DNA of 63,245 nucleotides, filler included, from Octopus bimaculoides (GCF_001194135.2; 4 parts of 3 records of this genome joined end to end with filler, not necessarily neighbours in it), one strand, 5' to 3'. Positions 37,672 to 50,685 are shown, counted from the whole stretch's first letter. Notes: generated by a model from the letters alone, not told the origin. Made by a program: numbers and translations.

Positions 37672-38440
37672 AGTTTGCAATGTTTCACCAGAAGGGAAAA
37701 CTATAAACGTCACTAAACTACTCTGAAAATTTCTCTAAGACTAATAATATTAGAGAGGTTGAATTCAAAGGGAGATAAGAACAAGATACTCTATAATCTT
37801 ACTATAACTTGATTTTTTTCTAGATTTCGAGATTTTTATTATATTAAATGTGGCCTGTCTATTTCTTTTTAAGGTAATATTCTTTAAATATATTCTTGGT
37901 TCTTGGTATATCCGTATCTAAAACTATTATATAATTGTATTATAACTACATTTAACTATCTTCCTCATAATTCTCTAAGAGATTACACACTGGGTGGGGT
38001 GGGGGGTATAATGTTATATATTTTTCATCTTATTATACGTAAAGGTATTTTTATGTCGGCATCTTCCCTCTCTCTTCAATACTTACAGTAATACCTCTCT
38101 CGACTGGAGTATTTTCACAAACTCAATTGTGCCTAATAAGCACATTTTATTACCTATTCTATATGACTTCGCTCTACTAATAACATTCCAATTAAGGGTG
38201 TATTCTATTTTCTCAGACTTCAACTCCCATATGTATTTACTTAGACCTGTCGAATAACAGGTAAGGTATATATATTTTTTCAAATATTTTAAAATGTCTT
38301 TTTAAATAATTTTTTATTGTACTTTATAGTAGATTTTAAAATGCTTATATTTTTTTTTATTATTATATAGGATATAACTTTCTATGTATATTCCAGATAA
38401 TAAGGTTGTCCTGAAATAGGAGTTGCGGTTCTATTGGTAA
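37672..38440 (-). mobile_element. Penelope-like element relic 3 (GIY-YIG C-terminus plus 3' UTR)
   Basis: STGLSKYIWELKSEKIEYTLNWNVISRAKSYRIGNKMCLL...EGRCRHKNTF matches the PLE pattern ELSKYIW.LK....Y.IKW.I....C.LC..CRH.NKF; a very decayed HHR-like end lies at 37672-37719 (AGTTT/AAACT stem, GAAACATTG). Confidence 0.85.
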
Positions 38441-38779
38441 AATCCCAAATTTGTAATAATAATAATAATAATAATATATATATATANNNNNNNNNNGTCA
38501 TAGTTTTTAACTTCGTCAACAAAGAAGCTCTTTAATTGATATTCTTTTTCTTTAAACAGCGTACATGGTCTTTAATTGGTAGTGTTTCGATATCTTTTGC
38601 AACACCTTCTACTTGTTTTATTCGTGTAAATGTGCTTGAGTGCACGTCACCGCATAGTCTTTGTCATTTTACATACATCCTGCGCCCCCACACGTACACA
38701 CGCACAACATATATAAATACATACACAGTCATAAATGTATGTGTGCATATATACATATACATATACATATATATATATA

Positions 38780-38816
<37 letters not shown>

Positions 38817-39150
38817 GTATTCATAAATTATTGAGAATTCCTAAAAACAAGATCCTGTGTAAGAAAGTTCGGTTTTGTCTGTACATGCACAAAAGCCGTT
38901 TTAAGGGCTACATATTTTGAATTGTCGTTATTGGATTAGCGAAATAATTATGAGAACGGAACCGAGAGATAAACCCCGCTTTCTCGGGTACGTCAGCTTG
39001 TATATTTACATACACATAAATTAACTAAAATTTAAACATATATAAACATAAATACGCATAAACATATATAAATACATGAAGATATATATGTATACATACA
39101 TACACACACACGCATACACACACACGCACATATATATGTATAGAAACATA

Positions 39151-39686
39151 CGTGGTCGAATCAATAAGTATCCGGACAGCTGTCATATTAACGAAGCTTG
39201 CGTGCGCAGGTGAAGCTACTTGCCACAGATTGACCTTCAACTCTGCTTTGCAAGCGTTCTAAGTTTTAACGTTCTAGATAACTTCCACTGTTTACAGCAG
39301 TGCCTGGAAGGAACATGAGTAGCGTGTTGTCGCATTGAACATGAGAGAGGAAGTTGAGTAGAGAATCTGCATCAATTTTGTTAAGAGCTTGATAATACCT
39401 TCTCAGAGGCCTACGCAATGTTTTCAAAAGGTTTTCATCGTTCTCAACATAATCACGGAGAAGTTGTGCAACTAAAACCCGAGTGCCATTTGGGTCAGCT
39501 GAGAGCAGTTTTGGCGCAAACTTGAGAGACACGTGTCTCAACCCAAATCTTCAGTGATGATGGACTGAACTGAAATGTAACAAATCTGCACATCTTCTGA
39601 GAATTCACGGATGGTGATTCGACGATTTCCCCTCACAGCTGCACGCACATCTGCGATCTTTTTCCTTAGTTCTGCTTGTTTCTGGT

Positions 39687-39689
<3 letters not shown>
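39151..39689. mobile_element. Mariner relic with an internal inversion
   Basis: TA|CGTGGTCGAATCAATAAGTATCCGGAC TIR-like start and + strand MREEVE*RICINF (39341-39430); then minus-strand RPETSRT..VRGNRRITIRE..IITEDLG.RHVSLKFAPKLLS..ENDENLLK (39431-39689). Confidence 0.88.
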
Positions 39690-39725
<36 letters not shown>

Positions 39726-39730
39726 CCTCG

Positions 39731-39761
<31 letters not shown>

Positions 39762-39915
39762 TTACATATACATACACACACACATATATATATNNNNNNN
39801 NNNNNNNNNNNNNNNNNNNNNNNNNNNNNNNNNNNNNTTAATTAATTAANNNNNNNNNNNNNNNNNNNNNNNNNNNNNNNNNNNNNNNNNNNNACAACAA
39901 CAATAACACGAAATA

Positions 39916-39963
<48 letters not shown>

Positions 39964-40044
39964 TAGACTTACAGTTTATCCTATTGTTAAGAAAACTTTA
40001 CAGAATCAGTCAATATAACTCAAATGGGATATAGAGAGCACGTT

Positions 40045-40387
40045 TTATCCGCCTAAACAATGGAACAGGACCCGCTTGGTAGCCAAGTCCCTGACGCTCC
40101 ACTTTATTGACGTCAGCATTGTTACTCGGTGCGGGAGAGCGGAAAATGTTTTCATTGCAAGGATGCACCTTTATCCCTCGGAGTCAGATATGTCGTTTAA
40201 CTTCCGCCATGTCCATCAACAAATCCATGGCCAAACTCTATCGGTGGCAGTCGTTGATTTGGGGTAACCGTACTTTTCACATGGGCAACTTTATGTGGCC
40301 TGCTCCCGTGTGTGGAGTAGAAACGCTCTTTTTGTGTATGCTTCTCGGGACAAAACACGCAATGTTGTCTATAACGAAGTTTTATAG
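40045..40387 (+). mobile_element. Helitron Pif1-like helicase C-terminal fragment
   Basis: NNGT/RLVAKSL, ENVFIARMHLYPS, AMSINKS/HGQTLS, FSHGQLYVACSRV, KTRNVVYNEVL*. Confidence 0.92.
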
Positions 40388-40870
40388 ATGTAGAGAGAAC
40401 AAGTCATCATTGCAACCTATGTGGTTATAAAGAAAATCATTGGTTGGACATATTCACCAGCCATGACAACATGTTTCATGGACTCTTCCCCTTCCTTAAT
40501 GGACTCTAACTCTTCTTCATTGGACAATACTGACTTCGACAATAATGCTCACTCGGCCGATATCAACGCTTCACCAAGTTGCTCATAGCGTTAGGCTGTT
40601 GGTAAGTTTTCCTAAGTTACTCCAATCTGGATCCCCAATACAATCCTTCGAATCAACCTTCTCCATATGAAGATCTCTAATGAAACTTTATCTTATGCAA
40701 ATCTTTGAATCAACCTTCTTCACTGCAGATGTTCAATGCAAAGCCTTCGATGCATCTTTATCCAGTGTAAACTTTCGATGCAGCCTTCACCAATGCAAAT
40801 CTTCAATTCAGATATAAATATACTTATATGTAAGCATACGTGTATCAATATGTGCATACATCTAAGCAAA

Positions 40871-41037
40871 CAGAAAACGAACTTTTTTCGAACAACAAAA
40901 AAAGACAAACAGAGAAACGACACGTACAACATAAAGAGTATAACCCTCTGTCAGTTTTCTGACGAAGGGGCATACTCTTTATGTTGCATATCTCGTTTCT
41001 CTGTTTTTTTCGTTGTTCGAAAAAAGTTCGTTTTCTG
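40871..41037. repeat. 167-bp fold-back palindrome
   Basis: Perfect paired blocks of 26 bp (40871-40896/41012-41037), 13 bp (40908-40920/40993-41005) and 15 bp (40927-40941/40972-40986); apical GTCAG-TTTT-CTGAC. Confidence 0.95.
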
Positions 41038-41346
41038 CTTTAATTTTTATGTTTTCGTTTCTCATTGTGTTTAAAATTTTTTTGATGTCCTGTACCCATA
41101 TATGCATATATGTATACATATAGATGTAGGTATGTGCATATATGTATGAATATATGCATATATTTACATTATATATATCTATATATATATCTATCTATCT
41201 ATCTATCTATCAATCTATATATATATATATATATGCATATACATAGGGAGGGATATATATATATATACATGCAATATATACATATATACTTAGACACACA
41301 CACATAGACACACAGACACGCATAGATATGTAGAGTTATATAGGTA

Positions 41347-41386
<40 letters not shown>

Positions 41387-41984
41387 AATATATGAGTATA
41401 TGCATATATATGTACATGTATGTATATACGTTCATCCACATGTACATATAGATACATATATATACATACATATATGCATGCATTCATTCACAAAAGCACA
41501 CATAAACAAACATATATAAACATACACACACGCACACGTACTGATATACACATATATATATATATATACATGATGCAAGTGCACACGCACTTATGCTTTT
41601 GTGTATGGGATTTTATTTGCAAGAGTATTATAGAAACTTGTAAAATATTGCAATATGTCCAAATGTTATGCTTATATCTCTAGATATTTATTTCTCACAT
41701 TAAATATTTGGAATGTCACTAATGATAGAGTAAAATCTTCGAGTTTTTTATTGATACAAAATACATCATAATTCTAAACTATCTGGCATTGATGCATAAT
41801 TTATAATAAACTTTATAAGAAATTTGTTACAAAGCCAGGCTGATAGAAAATAGAAGTGATAACTCTATTTTCTCAATATTTCCTGTATTATGTATAGTTA
41901 TATAGAATCATTTTATGTTATGTTGAATGAATTTATATTTCAGTGTAATGTATTGGGTGTTAAGCAACAGTTTCCCTATGTATA

Positions 41985-42178
41985 ACAGTCTCTCCTCTCC
42001 ACGCTTCATATATTGCCCAAGGGAAAGGTAGATACAGCGTGCATCTAATTTCTGCAGCTGAGCAAACAGGATCAACATGGAATAAATTGTGTTGCTCAAA
42101 CCACCACACGTAGCCCGGTCGGGAAATCGAAAGCACAATCTCTTGATTGTAAGCTCGATGCTCTAACCACCGAACCAA
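41985..42178 (-). mobile_element. tRNA-derived SINE family C
   Basis: Reverse complement TGGTTCGGTGGTTAGAGC A-box, TTCGATTTCCC B-box, then TTGAGCAACACAATTTATTCCATGTTG. Confidence 0.75.
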
Positions 42179-45094
42179 GACTAAAAGCATATGTACGCGA
42201 CGTCAAACTAAATACTTCGTCTCAATGTGACGTTCTGTAATTTCTATGGAGGGATTATAATTTCACATATTGTTACAAGGTGTCCTTGTTTTAAATAAAA
42301 TATACGAATATATTTAACATTATGTAATTTGTCCATCGTTTTTCAGGATGCCTTACATGTGTTTTAATGAAGACGTGACAGTTATTTCTAACCTCCAAGA
42401 TAACTCCTCGTGATACATTTCAATCTTAAACCGAAACAACGAAATATTTACTGAGAATGGAAGATAGGGGATACTAGGCTATGAATCTATAACTTTTACT
42501 TTCAACAAAATGGGAATAAAATTGAAATTACTCTCGGAAACCTATACGATAGAAACTTAGATTTTGATTCTTTCTTTCAAAAATATTTAATATTGCGAAC
42601 AGACCCATACAGAAATATATTATGATTACTTGTAACATGAAATGTAGATAAAATAAATGAAAAGTAATATACAAAAGGTATTGGCCTACATGAACAATGC
42701 AGCACCTTTCTAACTACAAGATAAAATACATAAAGGAAACCACTTTCTTTTGAATACGCAGCATTCTTATCGCTTCCCCTGTTTATGCCTACGGTAAAGA
42801 AATTTTATAACAAATTGCAAATATTTTGCATTTCTTTTTTGTTTTTATTAATCATTACACTTAGTGCATTATTTTCTTTTCAGCGGTTTACACCCACTAT
42901 CTCTCGACCTATCTCTTTAACTCTACGTANNNNNNNNNNNNNNNNNNNNNNNNNNNNNNNNNNNNNNNNNNNNNNNNNNNNNNNNNNNNNNNNNNNNNNN
43001 NNNNNNNNNNNNNNNNNNNNNNNNNNNNNNNNNNNNNNNNNNNNNNNNNNNNNNNNNNNNNNNNNNNNNNNNNNNNNNNNNNNNNNNNNNNNNNNNNNNN
43101 NNNNNNNNNNNNNNNNNNNNNNNNNNNNNNNNNNNNNNNNNNNNNNNNNNNNNNNNNNNNNNNNNNNNNNNNNNNNNNNNNNNNNNNNNNNNNNNNNNNN
43201 NNNNNNNNNNNNNNNNNNNNNNNNNNNNNNNNNNNNNNNNNNNNNNNNNNNNNNNNNNNNNNNNNNNNNNNNNNNNNNNNNNNNNNNNNNNNNNNNNNNN
43301 NNNNNNNNNNNNNNNNNNNNNNNNNNNNNNNNNNNNNNNNNNNNNNNNNNNNNNNNNNNNNNNNNNNNNNNNNNNNNNNNNNNNNNNNNNNNNNNNNNNN
43401 NNNNNNNNNNNNNNNNNNNNNNNNNNNNNNNNNNNNNNNNNNNNNNNNNNNNNNNNNNNNNNNNTATATATATATATATATATATGTAAACAAATATTAC
43501 ATATGAATGTGTCTTTATGTGTGTATACACACAAACAGTAAACACATAAAAAAAGTAATTGGTTATGCCAGAAAATTCCATTTTTGTGTGTTCTCTAAAA
43601 AATAAGTTTAGCTTTTACTATGGCTTTTTCTTATTTATAACCTTTAGATTATATATTTTTGGTATATTTCTTATTGAAAATTTATTTATAAAAAAAGATA
43701 TACTTATAAAAATATATCTGCCCAGTCTTTATTTCGATATTTTCATTTCTATTATATATTTATTTAGTAAAACATTTTATATTTACCTGAAATTTCTTAT
43801 CTATTATTTCGTCAATATTAAATGAGTTTTTACGCTAAATATAACATTTTATTTAAATAAACACTAATAGAGAACACTGTTTCGTAAAATCATATGTGTG
43901 TGTGTGTGTGTGTGTGTTTGCTTTTATGCGTGCGTTCATATGCGTGTGCATACATATAACTATGTATATTCACTCATACACACACACAAACATGCATAAG
44001 CATATATTTTTTAATGCATGTGGTTTTGTGGTTTTATTTTCTGAATCTATTGTTAAACATGTGACAACGAGAAATAATAAGAGGTTTTAAGTAGACGGAC
44101 ACTGTTTGGCTTCTGTAAGTTAAATTGTTCAACACAATATTGTTAATGCTTTATATATGGCATACACACTTTAAATCATATTGTAGAGAATTTCTAGACT
44201 ACAAACAATATAGATATTTAATATTACCAGTTTATATTACACATATGTCAACGTCTAACATTGGTAATTTAATCTTTGTGAACAACTGGTTTTCAGTTTA
44301 TACAAAACTGTAACATTTACTGGCCAAACAATATTACTCAGAACTTTGTAGGGAGGAAGAGTAATATAACACTAAATACGTTAACGTTTTTTATTTTGTG
44401 TCAATGTATGCAGCGTAATGAGCGTTTCAAATATGAGACAAATATTGAATGTTATTGCTTGACGTATCACAGTAATAATTTGTTCAGCTCTCATATTCTT
44501 AGTTTGCCTTGTATTTTCAATTCATAGAATATAAACATTTTCCTCCTTTTTGTCTGAAAATATATACAGATATATGTTAAATAGTGTTCGAGAAAACACA
44601 AACTACGGGTACGTGAAACAAAATATCTGAAGAGTATATGAGATGTGCTGCTTTTTATCTGGTAACGTCTAATGAAATATAGTTCATTATGGAATCGGCT
44701 CATGCTGTCTATACCTTTAATTTTATTCTCCCGTCGAACAATAGAATTACGAATAACACCCAATCAAATGTAAAAGGTGAAATTACGAGTAATTATTTCT
44801 TTTATACAATCGACTGAAAATACCTTACTAATTATTTGAATTACTCTTGCTAAATGCAACTATACGTAGCAAAACTTAAAACGTAATCCATGAAAATACG
44901 TAATTTCAAACCAATATATATTATAAAGATAAGAAATCAATTCTAATTAAACATGATAGTTTGACATAATTCAGAGACGCCAGTTATTTTAACTAGAAAT
45001 ACTACGTGGCAAATTCTAATAATTCAATTTTGAGAGAATTCTTTATTCTGAAAATGTTTATTTAGGAACACAAATTGAAACAAGATGTAGTATA

Positions 45095-45432
45095 TCGTGA
45101 TACTCCGTCGGTTACGACGTGGACGGGTCAGGTTGATTCGATCACCAGAACAACCTGCTCGTGAAATTAACGTGTAACCTTAACGTAGTTCTCAGGGATA
45201 TTCAGCGTGACACAGAGTGTGACAAGGCTGGCCCTTTGAAATACATGTACAATTGAAACAGAAAGAGTGAGAGAAAGTTGTAGTGAAAGAGTACAGCAGG
45301 GTTCGCCACGAAGCCCTGCCTGAGTCTCGTGGAGCCTTAGGTTTTTTTCGCTCAATAACACTCAAAACACCCGGTCTGGGAATCGAAACCACGAGGTCGC
45401 TGCCCTAACCACTGGGCCATTGCACCTTCACT
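45095..45432 (-). mobile_element. tRNA-derived SINE family D, near full length
   Basis: Reverse complement TGGCCCAGTGGTTAGGGCAGCG A-box and GGTTTCGATTCCC B-box, with a ~250-bp body. Confidence 0.85.
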
Positions 45433-46050
45433 GTAGTATATAAGATACTATGAATATATCGAAATCGTCCATAGGAAATGATTAACCAAAGAAAATGGTT
45501 AACATTCGCGTTAATATTCATAAAAGTATCACAAGTATGTCTGAACTCTCTTTTAACAGAAGTATCATTTAAAAAAAAATTAAAGAAATGCTACAGTATA
45601 ACTCTCACTTCAAATATAGACATCTGCTATCATTTAAAAAATGTTATTATTAAATACAAAGAATTTATTTTTTAATGAATGAAATATTCAGTCTAAGTAT
45701 CAAAAATTAGTTATTAATTCAACAGAGAATCTGATATACTGAATACTATTATATATATTTAATATTATAATTAATTTACAGCAACATTCATCTCAAAGTA
45801 AATAATTTATAGTCTTTTAATCTGAAAATCAAGTAACCATATCACATTGAATTGCATATAAATTAATTTGTATCTAACATTTTGGACATGTTTCATGGAT
45901 AATGATATTAGCTCATGGCAGTGAAAGAATTTTTTCTGTTCGAATTTCGAATGAGGAAATATATTCTTTAAAAAATCACATAAAACTACACCATTCTAAA
46001 AATATTAAATCATCCGCTCAGTAAGGTTATAAAAGAAGCACTGAAATATA

Positions 46051-47188
46051 TTGAGTCATCCCATAAATAGTACGATTTTTTTCTATTGCATGAACTAAAA
46101 GTCGGAGCGGGGACAGGATAAGCAACCTGCATCAACTTGCAGGTAGTAATATTACCTTGGCCTTATTGTTAGTGCAAGTTTTGAGGAGTGCAGTTGGATT
46201 TTAACAGTTATTTTTTCAACGCTATAATGGAAGTGACAAAAAGTATATTCAGCATATTTAGCTTTATGATTTCATTAAAGACAAGAACACATGGAAAGTG
46301 TGAGGAATATTAATGCAGTATATGGGGATCGGACAATAAGAGTAAGCCAGTGTCAACGGTGGCTCCAGAAATTCCAAGACGGAAACAGCAGCCTAGAAGA
46401 CGAGCCTCGTACCTGTAGATAGGTAGAGGTCGAAAAGGACGCCCTGCAAACCCTGGTGGAATAAAATTCCATCGTAACTGCTGAGGTATTAGCAGAGAAG
46501 CTTGGACTTGGTTATTCAGCCTATCATCGACGACTGTATGCAATCGAAAATATCATGAAATTGGGTCAATGGGTTCCTCACAGACTTTTCATGTCTAATC
46601 ACGCGCTATTGGTGAATGTGTGTTCTCCTTTGCTGTAACGTTTCAAAACTGAACATTTTTTGGACCGAAATATAACTGGTGACGAGAAATGGGTTCTCTA
46701 TAAAAAGGTCAAGCACTGAAGATAGTGGGTAGGGAAGAAAGAAACACCAGCAACTCAGGTTAAAGAAGGTCTTCACCCACGTAAGGTGTTGTTATCTGTT
46801 TGGTGACATATGAAAGGTTTAGTCCACTTTAAACTTTTAAACCCAGACCAAAAGATAACAAAGGAAATCTACTGTCAGCAGCTTGAGCGGCTTAAGTTAG
46901 CACCAGACGCAAAACGACGATTTTTGGTTTCAATGATAATGCGCGGCCACATACAGCAGGATAACATTCCAAATGCTGGAGTACTTTGAATGGGAGACGA
47001 TGCCCCACCCATCATATTCGCCCCATCTGATAATCCTTTATTCCGCAGTCTTCAATGAATTCTGTAAAGGGATCAGAACAGTCCGGGAATTGTAGTTTTC
47101 GTCACTGACAAGTGAAGTTTGGAAGAGGGGCCTTGAAAATCTACCAGGTAGACGGAAGAGCATTGTAGAAAAGGAAGGAGAGTATATT
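46051..47188 (+). mobile_element. Mariner (DD34D-type) transposase pseudogene with left TIR
   Basis: TA|TTGAGTCATCCCATAAAT TIR-like end; ATG 46227; SQCQRWLQKF, LEDEPR, GQWVPHRL, ITGDEKWVLY, LHPRKVLLSVW, DNARPH, HPSYSP, KEGEYI; many stops; right TIR missing. Confidence 0.95.
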
Positions 47189-47189
47189 G

Positions 47190-47415
47190 CGAGATCCTGG
47201 GTTCAATTCTCAGACCGGTCGTTGAGTTGTGTTCTTGAGCAAAGCACTTCATTTCACATTGCTCTGCGATCATTTCGTCATCTGACATGTGACACTCGGT
47301 GCATCCGTTACACCTGTGGAGGTAAGGTCGATCTGATGCAGGGAGTGTGATCATGTGCACACAAAACATTTGATCACTATAAACAAATCATTTTTGTGGT
47401 TGTTCGATAAGAAGA
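47190..47415 (+). mobile_element. SINE family C-like copy abutting the mariner 3' end
   Basis: GGGTTCAATTCTCAGACCGG B-box, GTTGTGTTCTTGAGCAAAGCACTTCATTTCACATTGCTC. Confidence 0.75.
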
Positions 47416-48685
47416 TGTCGAACCCTCATATATCCTCTGACGGCGGGACAGTCCATCATATACATATGTATATACACTCGGACATACATGCTTATATATG
47501 TGTGTGAGCGTGTATAAATGTGTGTGCGTGTGAATATATTTATACAAGTAGAGACGCGTAGATTTAAACCATTGTTAGAGATTAAAATAGAATATATAAT
47601 ACACGATGATATAAGCAATGCGTCAATATAAATTGAGAATGCTTAAAAGGAGAACGCGTATCTGAAACCTGTTTAGTACCTACATTTCATTTAGAATGTC
47701 ATTCAGTTCGCTAAATTTGATATAATTACTGTTCATAATAACTGGTAGCATGTTCATGATTACTATTGTAATATTTTAAGTTTCATCGAATCCCTGCTAA
47801 TATCGTTGTTTGTCACATGTTTTATCAATATCTTAATAATTCACAAAAAACATTAACTGATAATAATATAGATCTTTCAGTGATCTCACGATGAAGGCAT
47901 ATAGACAATATATTAAGTTGAGAGAATAAATATCAGATATTTTAGAGAATAGCATAGTATCGATTACAAATGTGAAAGAGAACAACATGATTATAAGATG
48001 ATGTAGAACAAGTTTGAAAAAAATTATGTTTCCTTAACAGATAGATATAAAAAAAAAGACGAATCTAGAAACTGATGAGGGTTATCAACGAGATATTGTT
48101 TATTCAGTAATAACGATAAATATTCTTTCGCATTATGAGCGAATGTTAAGTCATAATGAATAGAATGTCAGCAAGATCAATAAAATTTTTGAAATGAATA
48201 TTTGAAATAATAGATCGATACGTTAATGTTAATCACCGACAGTACAAAAGTTTTTACAAGAATTCAGCAAAATATTTTAATCGACAATCACACAATATAT
48301 GTGGTGACATTAATTTACTGTTGTGAAAGAAATGAAGATAGTTAGCTAAGTAGTTATTATTCAGCATACCCTTCATTGCATCCATTTTAGAAAATCCCTT
48401 TTTTCGAGCAAATCTGCTTAAACTGTTCCGTTCATTTTCAGATTATCGGTTACGATTAGATAACACTTATGAAAATAATGAATACAAATAATGATTCTGA
48501 TATTTTGGTCGCTTATAGCGTTGAATTTCCCGTCAGAATCTAAATCCCTCTGGGGATTTCGATAGTGAAATGCAGAAATCGAAAAGATCGAACGGGTGAA
48601 TCTGCAGGTTGCTTTCTTCCTGAAGCTGCGGAACTAGTCAATCACTGCAGTGCTACAATCCCATTGGATCGACCCTATAGCCCTT

Positions 48686-48751
48686 CTATTATTGGACTTA
48701 ATAGTATCTATTATTGGACTTAATAGTATATATTATTGGACTTAATAGTAT
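48686..48751. repeat. 22-bp minisatellite x3 (CTATTATTGGACTTAATAGTAT)
   Basis: Three near-identical units. Confidence 0.95.
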
Positions 48752-49130
48752 CTCACTCTTAGAGAGGTTGATCAGCTTGCAGGTGAGTTGTCATCCGTAA
48801 GTATGAGCTTGAGGCTATTCTCCATATATAGGAATGTAGCTCGCATTTTATCTACAATGTTTATAGCGCAGTATGCAGAGAATTTGGGTTTCTTGTATGT
48901 TTTCGTGGTTTTATTTGTAAGGTTTCGTGTATGCATAGCGTCTTTAGTGATGTCATCGTTAGTTGATTGCTTCATATTTGCCGTAAAACTAGGTTAAAAG
49001 AGTCATTACTGAGGTCTATCCGTCAAGCTGTTATATTCTGCATTGCATTGTCAACGTTTTCGTGAATCATATCGCAGCTAAGTACTGTTATAATCAATGC
49101 TTTGCCTCCATTTTTAAGTCTTCTTCTCCA

Positions 49131-49135
49131 ACATC

Positions 49136-49193
<58 letters not shown>

Positions 49194-49209
49194 CCATCAT
49201 CATCATCAG

Positions 49210-49246
<37 letters not shown>
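49131..49246. repeat. (CAT)n microsatellite
   Basis: Tandem CAT run. Confidence 0.97.
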
Positions 49247-49593
49247 TTGGAATTAATATAATTATTTTTGATTTTCCTTCTGTTCAACAGACAACGTAAT
49301 CCTGCCCCACATATACACTGGATTGAAAACGAATTGCGTTCGCATGAGCAAGTACAATTGTACCGATGTTTTATCACGTATTTGAGACAAAGGCATTGTA
49401 TATACCAATCGTCTGAAAGGCCTATATATGTATGGTGTTTTTATTCATTACATATATAGTGGCTCACAAACTTAGCGAGAAAAAAAAAAACATTAAATAT
49501 ATTACTATAGAATCTATTTTGAAATATGCATCAACATTTTTAAGCACACGACTGCGAACGATCCGGTCATTCAAGTGTTTACAAAGAGCTAAT

Positions 49594-49812
49594 GCAAGGC
49601 GGTGAGCTGGCAGAAACGTTAGTACGCCGGGTGAAATGCTTGGCAGTATTTCATCTGTCTTTACGTTATGAGTTCAAATTCGGCCTAGGTCGACTTTGCC
49701 TTTTATCCTTTCAAGGTCGATCAATTAAGTACCCGTTGCGTACTGAGGCCGAGCTAATCGTCTGGCTCCCTCCCCACAAATTTCGGGCCTTGCGCCTAAA
49801 GTAGAAATGAAT
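49594..49812 (+). mobile_element. SINE family A, full length
   Basis: AAGGCGGTGAGCTGGCAGAAACGTTAG..GAGTTCAAATTC..GGTCGACTTTGCCTTTTATCCTTTC. Confidence 0.92.
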
Positions 49813-50039
49813 AAAGAGCTAATCTGCATTTAATTTACAGACAAGGCATCAAATTTCACACACACACATATTAAATTTATTGTTATTAAATCGGACCAAT
49901 AAAATAATCCGAATTCCTGTTTACTTAATGACTGTAAACAATATTTCCATAATTTTCAACTCAAATAGGCACCTTACAGAAACACAGCAACGGAAGTAAT
50001 AATGGAATAAGCAGATGTGCTTTAAGAGTGCGCTCATGC

Positions 50040-50328
50040 TTTAGTCGAACGACTCGAACCCCGGACTTATTCTAGCATACTCCTTTGCCGAACCGCTAAG
50101 TTTCGGGGACGTAAACACACCAACATTGGTTGTCAAGCGATGGTGGAGAACAAACACAGATACACACACACACACACATATGTATACGGCGGGCTCCTTT
50201 TAGTTTCCTACTACCAAATCCACTCTCTAGGCTTTCGTCGGTCCGAGGCTGTTGTAGAAGATAGTTAACTAATGTGCCACGTAGTGGGACTGAACCCGGA
50301 ACCAAGTGGTTCGGAAGCAAGCTTCTTA

Positions 50329-50332
<4 letters not shown>
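50040..50332 (-). mobile_element. SINE family B with internal deletion
   Basis: GCCGAACCGCTAAGTTTCGGGGACGTAAAC..CTACCAAATCCAC..GTGCCACGTAGTGGGACTGAACCCGGAACC. Confidence 0.9.
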
Positions 50333-50364
<32 letters not shown>

Positions 50365-50402
50365 GTTCATATATGTGTATGTGTTTTCAATGAAATGAGC
50401 CA

Positions 50403-50685
50403 ACAAAACCAAGACAATGTGGAATTTATAGTTCGTTTATGAAGAGAAAGGTAGTCTTACAACTCTTTCTGGAATATTACGGATATCACTTCACCAGAGA
50501 CGATATGAGAGATTTAACTAGAGGGAAATAGTAGATTTCAATATAAGGTGTTATTCTGGAAAAGGTTGGATATTGGAAGGATGTAACTCTACGATTTCTA
50601 TCTAGTTAGCACTTTACAGAAACTGTTGTAAGACTACCTTTGTCTTTACAAATGTCCCAGAAATTCCACGGAGTCTTGGTCTTGT
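50403..50685. mobile_element. ~280-bp inverted-terminus element built from two HHR-bearing ends
   Basis: IR blocks ACCAAGAC/GTCTTGGT, GTGGAATTT/AAATTCCAC and perfect 17-bp AAAGGTAGTCTTACAAC (50447-50463)/GTTGTAAGACTACCTTT (50625-50641); minus-strand HHR-like GTCT-CTGGTGA..GAAA-GAGTTGTA-AGAC at 50454-50501. Confidence 0.75.

Noticed and set aside
48065-48105. CTGATGAGGGTTATCAACGAGATATTG HHR-like string
   Set aside because: GAGA instead of GAAA, and stems I and II do not pair; at best a dead relic.
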